From Acidobacteriota bacterium (GTDB taxonomy: Bacteria; Acidobacteriota; Terriglobia; 20CM-2-55-15): 44,339 nt of DNA. Below the pieces are notes generated by a model. That model was not told where the DNA came from and ran no database searches. It saw only the letters and a list, made by a program, of their open reading frames with translations. This document shows, one piece after another, positions 28,618 to 35,991 of the stretch (its first letter is position 1; the number at the start of each line of letters is the position of its first letter). The stretch is from NCBI GenBank assembly GCA_003222815.1, contig QHXC01000384.1, positions 1 to 44,339 on the forward strand. The letters are read 5' to 3'. Made by a program: the position numbers and the translations under genes.

Positions 28618-28623
28618 AATACC

Positions 28624-29457
28624 TCAATTCATCGTGGCCTGAATGCGTCGGAGTTCTTTCAGATGGTTCTCGACTGCCTCGCGGTCCTGGCAGTTGCGGG
28701 CCTTGCGGAGATAGTGGTCGAGATCGCGGGCGGCGCCCTCAAATTGCCGGAGTTGGAGGCGGATAAGACCACGGTCGCGGAATTGTTCGATGTCGTCGGG
28801 TTCGACCATCAGCATCATGTCGACGATGGCCAGGGTTTTGTCGAAGGCCTGCGATTTTAAGTAAGTCAGCTTGAGGTTGTTGAGCATGCGCACCAGGATC
28901 TGGCGGTTCGTGACGGGTTCCAGCAGGCGTTCACTGAATTCAATGGAGTCACCGTACATTCCGTGGATCCGCTCGCGGCAATCTTCGCGTGTGAGAATTT
29001 CACCTCGATTAAAAGGATCGAGAAAGAATTCTTCGTTTCGATTGTAATACTTGACGACGAAGTGGCCGGGCATGCCCACGCCAGAGATTGGGAATTTCAA
29101 CCGGCGCGAGACTTCCATGTAAACCGTGGAGAGCGTGATTGGAATTCCGACGCGCCGGTCGAGGACGTCGTTAAAGAAGCTGTTCCGAGGATCGTAATAA
29201 TCTTCGGTATTTCCACGAAACCCGACTCTCTCAAACAAGATGGCATTGATCTTCGAAACGGTTTGCACCGGTGAATCGGCTGTGCGAAGCAGTTCCTGAG
29301 CCATCTGTGCCATGTGGTCGAGCTTGTCAAGATAGGGACTGATTTCGAGTTGGGGGTACTCCTCGCAGGCCATCAGCAGGGCAACTTCAGCGAGAGGAAT
29401 GGCGCTGTCGGGCAGAGTAACGAGTTGTTGAAATGTCTTACGTGATCTCTTACTCAC
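28624..29457 (-). CDS. SirB1-like protein (transglutaminase-like N-domain plus TPR-like C-domain)
   Basis: IPLAEVALLMACEEYP...YYDPRNSFFNDVLDRRVGIPITLSTVYMEVSRRLKFPISGVGMPGHFVV is the typical SirB1/UPF0162 core. The GTG at 29457 overlaps the upstream HAD gene stop (GTGA). The track start at 29514 is less likely. Confidence 0.7.
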   Translation of the reverse strand: MSKRSRKTFQQLVTLPDSAIPLAEVALLMACEEYPQLEISPYLDKLDHMAQMAQELLRTADSPVQTVSKINAILFERVGFRGNTEDYYDPRNSFFNDVLDRRVGIPITLSTVYMEVSRRLKFPISGVGMPGHFVVKYYNRNEEFFLDPFNRGEILTREDCRERIHGMYGDSIEFSERLLEPVTNRQILVRMLNNLKLTYLKSQAFDKTLAIVDMMLMVEPDDIEQFRDRGLIRLQLRQFEGAARDLDHYLRKARNCQDREAVENHLKELRRIQATMN

Positions 29458-30137
29458 TTCGAAACGTCTCTTTCTAACCAGGACACGAAATCCGCAATCG
29501 AATCGATCACCCAATCCGGATTCGCGCTTTTAAGCCGATCTGGACCGTAAGAATGCGCAATTGCCAGGCATCGCATACCGGCTTCGTGTGCGGATTGGAT
29601 TCCCCCAATAGAGTCTTCAACCGCGACGCAATCGGAAACCTTCAATGACCGATCGCGCTCCTGCAGTTTCTCATAAGCGCGCAAAAATGGCTCGGGATGC
29701 GGCTTTCCGAAGCGCACATCTTCAGCAGAGACAATGGCACAAAAACACTGTTCGATATCCGCCTTGGCCAGAATGTGACGGATTTCACCAATTCTCGCGC
29801 CCGACGCAATAGCCAGCGGATGACGGGCCGCCGCAACCCGCACGGCCTCTACCGCTTTGTCGAACATAACGGATTTTTCCGCAATAGCCTGAAAGTAACA
29901 GAGGCTCTTTCGACGGATGAGATCATCTAGTTTCGCTTCGGAGAGCGGGGCCGAGTGCCTCGCGTAAAGCGTTCTAAAGCAATCCCAGTCGTTCAGGGGA
30001 AGGTATCTATCGAGATACTCTTCATCCGAAAAGGTGAGTCCCTCTTGTTCAGCGACCTGCCGAAGAGCTTGCATGTGAACGGGATCGTCGTCTGCGAGAA
30101 CGCCGTTGAAGTCGAAAATCAGCGCGCGAATCATCAA
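29454..30137 (-). CDS. HAD-superfamily hydrolase (subfamily IA, phosphatase/beta-phosphoglucomutase-like)
   Basis: Motif I is LIFDFNGVLADD, and motifs II-IV (IASGA..., K.HPEPF, AVEDSIGGIQSAHEAGM) are present. Confidence 0.85.
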   Translation of the reverse strand: MMIRALIFDFNGVLADDDPVHMQALRQVAEQEGLTFSDEEYLDRYLPLNDWDCFRTLYARHSAPLSEAKLDDLIRRKSLCYFQAIAEKSVMFDKAVEAVRVAAARHPLAIASGARIGEIRHILAKADIEQCFCAIVSAEDVRFGKPHPEPFLRAYEKLQERDRSLKVSDCVAVEDSIGGIQSAHEAGMRCLAIAHSYGPDRLKSANPDWVIDSIADFVSWLERDVSK

Positions 30138-30383
30138 TACTTTAGACTAACACAGGTAGAATGGGCCAATGCATGACGTGATCGTCATCGGTGAAGGCGT
30201 CATCGGGCTATCGATCGGACGCGCGCTGGCCGGTCGGAGATCCGTGCTGCTCCTGGACCGTGGGGCCACCGGCGAGGGGGCTTCCTGGGCGGCGGCCGGG
30301 ATGTTGTGCTCCGCTCTTGATCGGGCTTTTGATGCCCGGCGAATGGTTAGTGGCGCCGGGCACGCTGGTGACGCCATTCCTCT

Positions 30384-30402
30384 CATTGGCGCAATTCGCG
30401 GC
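30384..30402. repeat. Half-copy of the CATTGGCG(Y)AATTCGCGGC REP motif
   Basis: cattggcgcaattcgcggc matches the arms at 21824-21851 and 23055-23075. No partner arm is seen nearby. Confidence 0.45.
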
Positions 30403-30423
30403 TTAAAGCTGGCAGATTCCCGG

Positions 30424-30429
30424 TATAAT
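30424..30429 (+). promoter_or_regulatory. Possible -10 box (TATAAT) just upstream of mqnE
   Basis: An exact TATAAT lies 10 nt before the ATG at 30440, with only a weak -35 (cttaaa) at the right spacing. If real, the mRNA would have a very short leader or none. Confidence 0.2.
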
Positions 30430-30439
30430 TTTGAGCGCT

Positions 30440-31445
30440 ATGACGAATCGGGGCGCAATCACACAGAAGGTCCACCACGGCGAGCGCCTTTCCTTTGAGG
30501 ACGGAGTCGAACTTTATCGCTCGAAGGATATCCTCGCACTTGGCCGCCTGGCCAATCATGTCCGCGAGCGCCTGAACGGAAATCTCGCTTATTACAACGT
30601 CAACCGGCATATCAACTACACCAACGTGTGTGTCATCGACTGCCAGCTCTGTCAGGGAGCTTACGCGAGAAAGCCAGGGCAGGAGGGCGGCTACACGATG
30701 CAGCTCGAACAGGTCTTCCGTTTCGCCGAGCAGGAGTACACCGATTCACTGACGGAGTTTCACATTGTTGGCGGTTTAAATCCCGAGTTGCCATTCGAGT
30801 ACTACCTGGACCTGCTGCGCGGCCTGAAACAGCGATTTCCCTCCGTACACTTGAAAGCGTTCACGATGGTCGAGCTGGATTTCTTTACAAAAATGACGCG
30901 CAGGACTCTCGAATCGATTATCGAACAACTGCGTGAGGCAGGAATGGGCAGTTGCCCGGGAGGCGGTGCAGAGATCTTCGCGGAGAGAGCGCGGCCGTTG
31001 ATCGCAGGCCACAAAATTTCCGGTCAGCGATGGCTTGAAGTGGCACGCACGGTGCACAAGATGGGCGTTCGCTCGAACGCCACGATGCTGTACGGGCACA
31101 TCGAGACGCTGGAAGAGCACGGTTTACGCTCACCTGCCCACATCGACCGGTATGGACGACCTGATGACGATTGCGGTCTCGCGCCTGATGCTGGACAACT
31201 TTCCACACATCAAAGCGTATTGGGTCACGCTCACACCATCGCTGGCGCAGGTCGCCCTGCGATTCGGCGCCGACGATCTGGACGGCACCATCATCGAAGA
31301 GCGGATCATCCATGGTGCCGGCACTCCAACCAGCCCCGGCATGACGCGGGCTCAAATCGAGAAACTCATTCGTGACGCGGGTCGCATTCCTCTAGAGCGA
31401 GACACGCTGTACAATCCGGTTCAAACGGCCTCCACGTACGCCTAG
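30440..31445 (+). pseudogene. mqnE: Aminodeoxyfutalosine synthase (radical SAM, menaquinone via futalosine), frameshifted with an internal deletion
   Basis: Contains the CxxxCxxC cluster (NYTNVCVIDCQLCQG), TEFHIVGGLNPELPFEYYLDLLRGLKQRFPSVHLKAFT and ATMLYGHIETLEEH. After about 31120 the conserved tail TGMDDLMTIAVSRLMLDNFPHIKAYWVTL...FGADDLDGTIIEERIIHGAG...ERDTLYN is in another frame (to 31445). Confidence 0.8.
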
Positions 31446-31453
31446 CCAGAAGA

Positions 31454-32098
31454 ATGTTCGATGCTCGCCTGCGCCGTGTAGTGAAGCGCGTACTACCCAA
31501 TTTCCTGCAGCGCATGCTGTATCCATTTGAAGCTCTCGTGTTCGAACGGCTCTCTCGGTTTGCGGCCGAACTGCCGGAGAATTCGCTTGTCCTGGATGCG
31601 GGCGCAGGTGAGTGCCAATATGAATCGCTCTTTGCAGGTCATCGGTATGTGGGCCTGGACAGCACGGTGGGCGATGCGTCGTGGGATTACTCGCGGCTGG
31701 ATGTCATTGGTGATTTGGAGTCCATCCCTCTATCCACGTCGCTTGTCGACGCTGTTATCAGCGTTGTGGTGCTGGAGCACACGCGCGAACCCAAGCGTGT
31801 GGTCGCTGAGATGGCGCGCGTGACGGCACAACAAGGTAAACTGTTCCTGGTCGTGCCTGATCAGTGGGAAGTCCATCAAATACCAAACGATTTTTTTAGA
31901 TTCACTCGGTACGGAGTCGAATACATCCTGCGCGAGAGCGGCTTTCGGGTAATTGCAATCGAAGCGGTTGGCGGTTTTGGTTGGCTGATGTCTCGCCGGT
32001 CCATCAATGCGCTTACATTTTTTCAAGGCGGATTGAAGTGGCCGATATTTTTCCTGCTGGCTGCTCGGCTACATTTGCGTTGGCGAACGCCAGGCTGA
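31454..32098 (+). CDS. Class I SAM-dependent methyltransferase
   Basis: Motif I is VLDAGAGECQY, followed by post-I and motif II/III regions (VDAVISVVVLEHTREPKRVVAEMARVTAQQGKLFLVVP). Confidence 0.8.
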   Translation: MFDARLRRVVKRVLPNFLQRMLYPFEALVFERLSRFAAELPENSLVLDAGAGECQYESLFAGHRYVGLDSTVGDASWDYSRLDVIGDLESIPLSTSLVDAVISVVVLEHTREPKRVVAEMARVTAQQGKLFLVVPDQWEVHQIPNDFFRFTRYGVEYILRESGFRVIAIEAVGGFGWLMSRRSINALTFFQGGLKWPIFFLLAARLHLRWRTPG

Positions 32099-32223
32099 AG
32101 CATCGGCGAGCGCGCTTTCGGATGCCTCGGTTGCCGCCCGTAGGCCCAATCGGTAAACTCATCGGCAAGATAAGCGCCGGTCCCCGTCGCGGGGTTGTGA
32201 ATTGATACTGCTTTTTCAGGAAG

Positions 32224-32670
32224 CTAATTGGGGATTTGTACGTCTGTCCCCGAATTAAACCGAATCTCCACTTGCATAAACGCCATGCCTTCCGGTACGA
32301 CCGCCAAGGAAATAAATCGCTCGCCCAGGAACTTTCGTAAATCATCAATCGTTTCGAGATCGATGCGGTCAATGCGTAAGGTCAGGCGGTGGGTGTCTCC
32401 TTCGGAAACCAGCTCGCATTCGAGGGCCCGGACTTTTTTGATGATGTAGTAAAGCTTTTCCAGAAACGTGCGGTAGTCGAACTCAGGACGCATTCGGACG
32501 AGCGCTTCGCGAGGGAGCCAGCATCGCTTGTCGCCGGTATACAGGATTTTGAAATTGTTGCGCTTGATTTCGATCACCAGCCCGAACTCCTCGGGGAGAT
32601 GGAGCTGGTCTCGATAGTACTTCGACCGGCAGTAGACGAAGTCACCGACGTGGATTGGACCTGCCTTCAA
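32224..32670 (-). CDS. Hypothetical protein (148 aa), no family recognised
   Basis: A clean ORF whose ATG lies 2 nt after the stop of the upstream rhodanese-ThiF/MoeB gene. It has an SH3/Tudor-like-looking N-terminal half and an alpha/beta-looking C-terminal half, with no terminal Gly-Gly. Confidence 0.6.
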   Translation of the reverse strand: MKAGPIHVGDFVYCRSKYYRDQLHLPEEFGLVIEIKRNNFKILYTGDKRCWLPREALVRMRPEFDYRTFLEKLYYIIKKVRALECELVSEGDTHRLTLRIDRIDLETIDDLRKFLGERFISLAVVPEGMAFMQVEIRFNSGTDVQIPN

Positions 32671-32672
32671 GC

Positions 32673-33845
32673 TTACTTCGCTGTCGCTTGCACCGCGCAG
32701 ACAAATTGGGGAACGGATTCCAGATCAATGTGCGCATTTGGGCCGCAAGTCGCGCAATTGGAATCGCGATGCAGCTTGAACTGGCGGAACGTCATCTCGA
32801 GGGCGTCATAAACCAGGAGCCGTCCCGAGAGCGTCGTGCCGATATTCAACAGGAGTTTGATGACTTCCGTGGCTTGGATCAACCCGATAACGCCCGGAAG
32901 TACGCCCAGGACACCGGCCTCATCACAGCTCGGCGCCAACTCGGGCGGCGTCGCCGTTGCGTAGAGGCATCGGAAACAGGGACCCTCATATGGAATGAAC
33001 GTCGAGGCCTGGCCGTCGAAGCGGAAGATGCTTCCATACACGACGGGCTTCTTCAGAAGGACTGCCGCGTCATTCACCATGTAAGCCGTCGTGAAGTTAT
33101 CGGATCCGCTGACAATCACATCGTAGTCCTGAATGATATCCAGCACATTCGACGCATCCAGCCGAACTTGATGCATTCGGACTTTCACATCAGGATTGAC
33201 TTCAAACAGCGTCCGGCGGGCGGAATCCACCTTCGGCATTCCCACGGAGGACGTCCAGTGAAGGATTTGGCGCTGAAGATTCGATTCGTCCACGACATCG
33301 TCATCGACAAGACCGATTGTACCCACACCCGATGCCGCAAGGTACACACCGGCCGGGGAGCCAAGTCCGCCTGCGCCCACAAGCAATACCTTACTCTTGA
33401 GCAGCTTCAGTTGACCTTTCTCTCCAACTTCGGGGATTCGAAGATGCCGGCTATACCGGGCCCACTGGTCCTTGCCGACTTTTTCCGGAACAACAAAGGG
33501 CAGGCCATTGTTTTTCCATTCGCCGAACCCACCGCGCATCGAATATACTCTGGAGTATCCGAGATCCTGGAGCGTCTTTGCGGCCAGCGCCGACCGCACC
33601 CCGCCGGCACAATAGACGACGACCGGCTGCTGTCTGTCCGGAAGCAGCTTGTCCGCTTTTACTTCAAGAAAGCCGCGGGGAAGGAAAACGGCCTGGTCGA
33701 GATGTCCCTGCTCCCATTCGTCACTCTCTCTTACATCTAAGAGCATAAATCCATTACTTAAGTTGAACTTATCCCTAACTTCATGAACCGATACTTCAGT
33801 GATTTGCTTCTTGGCTTGGCTGAGAATCTCTTTAAAGTCGCTCAT
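32673..33845 (-). CDS. ThiF/MoeB-type adenylyltransferase (E1-like) with an N-terminal rhodanese domain
   Basis: The N-terminal rhodanese has the active-site loop VVVYCAGGVRS. It is followed by RYSRHLRIPEVGEKGQLKLLKSKVLLVGAGGLGSPAGVYLAASGVG (nucleotide-binding), NLQRQ and a CxxC pair (CFRC...CATCG). Confidence 0.85.
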   Translation of the reverse strand: MSDFKEILSQAKKQITEVSVHEVRDKFNLSNGFMLLDVRESDEWEQGHLDQAVFLPRGFLEVKADKLLPDRQQPVVVYCAGGVRSALAAKTLQDLGYSRVYSMRGGFGEWKNNGLPFVVPEKVGKDQWARYSRHLRIPEVGEKGQLKLLKSKVLLVGAGGLGSPAGVYLAASGVGTIGLVDDDVVDESNLQRQILHWTSSVGMPKVDSARRTLFEVNPDVKVRMHQVRLDASNVLDIIQDYDVIVSGSDNFTTAYMVNDAAVLLKKPVVYGSIFRFDGQASTFIPYEGPCFRCLYATATPPELAPSCDEAGVLGVLPGVIGLIQATEVIKLLLNIGTTLSGRLLVYDALEMTFRQFKLHRDSNCATCGPNAHIDLESVPQFVCAVQATAK

Positions 33846-33940
33846 TGTGACCCTTACTCGATAAATTTAGTCATGTTCAAATGTACACCAACGATGCCCA
33901 TGCTGTCGATTGTTCTACCTGGCGTAGCCGGTTCCCCCCA

Positions 33941-34615
33941 CTACCACCAGGAATCCCCCTTGCTTCGAAGATCGTCCAGTGCTGCTTGCATTTGCTGATG
34001 AATGTCGCGAAGGTGCTCCTCAGAGGCGTCCGGGGGCACCCAAATGGGGCACGCCTTCAGGACGACCGCCCGTGTGAAGGGAAGGGGAACCTGAAATTCG
34101 TCCCAGCTCTTCAGTTGAACCTTGTGCTCCATCGAAATATGAAAACAGAAAATGGCGGCGCCGGTTTTCAGAGCGAGCAGGACCGGACCTTGTTTGGCCA
34201 CATACCGAGGCCCACGAGGGCCATCGATAGTAAACGCCGTGTCGCGGCCGCGACGGATCTCGCGGGCCATTTCCGCGAGGGCTCGAAAGCCCCCTCGCGA
34301 GCTTGAACCGCGCGCAGCGCCATACCCGAATCGCTGGATGCATTGGGCAATGGCTTCTCCGTCGTGATTCTTGCTCGTCATGACGACGATGCCGCGATTC
34401 CGCCAATAATAGGTCGCGGGAAAAATCCTGCCATGCCAAAAAGTGAAAATCGCGCGATTGCCGGATTTGTAGATCTCGTCCAAGTAGGAATCGCCCACCG
34501 ACTGCCAGCGCATCGTCCGCCCGACAACGCCAATGACGAAATAGCCGATCCAGCCGATCAACCAGACTTTCACCCGATCGCAGCGACTGAAGACTTCGGA
34601 TTCCGCACTGTACAT
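33941..34615 (-). CDS. DUF374-family lysophospholipid acyltransferase-like protein
   Basis: FTFWHGRIFPATYYWRNRGIVVMTSKNHDGEAIAQCIQRFGYGAARGSSSRGG...FTIDGPRGPRYVAKQGPVLLA is the characteristic DUF374 core. Confidence 0.8.
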   Translation of the reverse strand: MYSAESEVFSRCDRVKVWLIGWIGYFVIGVVGRTMRWQSVGDSYLDEIYKSGNRAIFTFWHGRIFPATYYWRNRGIVVMTSKNHDGEAIAQCIQRFGYGAARGSSSRGGFRALAEMAREIRRGRDTAFTIDGPRGPRYVAKQGPVLLALKTGAAIFCFHISMEHKVQLKSWDEFQVPLPFTRAVVLKACPIWVPPDASEEHLRDIHQQMQAALDDLRSKGDSWW

Positions 34616-34629
34616 TCCGTCGTGTAACT

Positions 34630-34686
34630 AGCCGCGGATGACGCGGATGACAGAGATCGCGCGCGCCGTCCGCGTCATCCGCGGCT
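34630..34686. repeat. Perfect 18-bp-stem hairpin with a tandem 9-mer (GCGGATGAC x2) in the left arm
   Basis: AGCCGCGGATGACGCGGA (34630-34647) pairs with TCCGCGTCATCCGCGGCT (34669-34686) across a 21-nt loop. It fills the gap between the 104-aa ORF stop and the DUF374 gene start. Confidence 0.85.
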
Positions 34687-35000
34687 CAAATTTCCTCAAG
34701 CAATTTCGCCATTTCTTCGCGGCCTCTGCGATTTCGGATGCCGGTCTTGTGCTGGATCCAGAAACGAGACGCTTCGGCCACGATTCGCTCGTATGACGGG
34801 AATCCGATGGATCGGCCGATCTTCTCCGGTTCCACATAGGCTGAACCTTTGTGGAGCACGCGCCCGTTCAGAATCATCACACTTCCAAGCAGGGGCGCGT
34901 CAATTGTTACTAGTGTGCTCGACCGGTCCGAGAAAGCCCGCAGTTTTTCGAGAGTGATGACTGAAAGTTCCGTCATCGGGGCCTGTCCGAAAGAATGCAT
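34686..35000 (-). CDS. Hypothetical protein (104 aa)
   Basis: An ORF with GGGAG about 10 nt upstream of the ATG at 35000. No recognisable family. An alternative start is at 34976. Confidence 0.5.
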   Translation of the reverse strand: MHSFGQAPMTELSVITLEKLRAFSDRSSTLVTIDAPLLGSVMILNGRVLHKGSAYVEPEKIGRSIGFPSYERIVAEASRFWIQHKTGIRNRRGREEMAKLLEEI

Positions 35001-35142
35001 CTCTCATCAGCTCCCAAACGAGACTTGTAACAGCGCCCGAAAGCATAAACAAATTTCGCTGCAGGCCAAACCTTTATTTCTTCCGAAACGTCCAATCCTC
35101 CACATTGGTAGATGAAGTGCTCGACCATTAGCGGAGGCCACT

Positions 35143-35295
35143 ATGGTTTGTCCCGGATGCAGAAACGAAAATCACATCGCGTATTCGGTAATCTCTAATG
35201 GACTGATTTGCCTGGACTGTAGTTTCGAGTTGGAGATGAACGCCGCGGAGGCTCACGAGATACTTGAAACCCAGGAAGAATTGGTGTGTTGTTAA
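35143..35295 (+). CDS. Small zinc-ribbon protein (50 aa)
   Basis: Hand translation gives MVCPGCRNENHIAYSVISNGLICLDCSFELEMNAAEAHEILETQEELVCC, with two CxxC knuckles. GGAGG lies at 35133-35137, and the stop is 3 nt before the GTG of the next gene. At 50 aa it is shorter than the shortest ORFs in the supplied track. Confidence 0.55.
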   Translation: MVCPGCRNENHIAYSVISNGLICLDCSFELEMNAAEAHEILETQEELVCC

Positions 35296-35298
35296 AGC

Positions 35299-35991
35299 GT
35301 GAAATTGTTACTCTTCAATGTAGACCAGACCTTGATCTATACCGGAGGAGCCGGTTTGCGCGCATTGGATCGCGCTTGCCGGAAGCACCTCGCCGTCGAG
35401 AATGCCACGGAGGGAATCAGCGCTCACGGCAAAACAGACCCGGCGATCATTCGTGAAATCCTGCTCGCTCGAGTAGGCAGCGACTCGACGCTCGAAATTC
35501 AGCTTCAGTCGATTCTCGAATCCTACCTCTTGTTTCTGCGAGAAGAAGTTCAGTTATCGCCCGGCTATCGGGTGTTGCCCGGAATTGTTGAAATACTTCG
35601 GGAGATGTCGGCGCAAACCGGTGTCGTGATTGGTCTCGCCACTGGAAACGTGGAAGTCGGCGCCAGGATTAAGCTTGACCGTGGAAATCTCAACCCATAC
35701 TTCACGTTCGGCGGTTTCGGTTCAGATTCTGAGAACCGGACGACACTCGTGAAAAAAGCGGCCGACGCGGCAGTCCAGAAGTGCGGCAGCGCGATTGAGC
35801 CGGAGGACATCTTCGTCATTGGCGACACGCCGCGGGATATTGAGGCTGGCAAGGACGCGGGCTTCAGAACTGTAGGCGTCGCGACCGGCAATTATTCCCT
35901 TGAGCAATTGCGTACGGCCGGAGCCAACATCGCTATTTCCGATTTCCAGCAAGGCCACGATCACTTCCTGCGCTCCGCTTTCATGGAATAA
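35299..35991 (+). CDS. HAD-superfamily hydrolase (phosphoglycolate phosphatase-like)
   Basis: Motif I is LLLFNVDQTLIYTGGAG. Also present are GLATGN and the motif IV region FVIGDTPRDIEAGKDAG. GTG start. Confidence 0.8.
   Translation: MKLLLFNVDQTLIYTGGAGLRALDRACRKHLAVENATEGISAHGKTDPAIIREILLARVGSDSTLEIQLQSILESYLLFLREEVQLSPGYRVLPGIVEILREMSAQTGVVIGLATGNVEVGARIKLDRGNLNPYFTFGGFGSDSENRTTLVKKAADAAVQKCGSAIEPEDIFVIGDTPRDIEAGKDAGFRTVGVATGNYSLEQLRTAGANIAISDFQQGHDHFLRSAFME

Larger units (their letters stand above)
30169..30498 (+). pseudogene. Remnant of a DAO-family FAD-dependent oxidoreductase (glycine oxidase ThiO-like); only about the first 50 codons are recognisable
   Basis: MHDVIVIGEGVIGLSIGRALAGRRSVLLLDRGATGEGASWAAAGML is a canonical GxGxxG FAD-binding N-terminus of enzymes that, from memory, are several-fold longer than this. 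The ORF then degenerates, runs through a REP-like sequence and ends inside mqnE after 109 codons. Confidence 0.6.

Noticed and set aside
32182-32194. Short hairpin CCCCG-tcg-CGGGG between the convergent methyltransferase and 148-aa genes, as a possible bidirectional terminator
   Set aside because: The stem is only 5 bp with a 3-nt loop and the T-tract is distant (32212-32216). This is too weak to call.
32655-33740. 361-aa plus-strand ORF
   Set aside because: It is antisense to the rhodanese-ThiF/MoeB gene, which has clear motifs. The plus-strand product is Arg/His-rich with no family resemblance.
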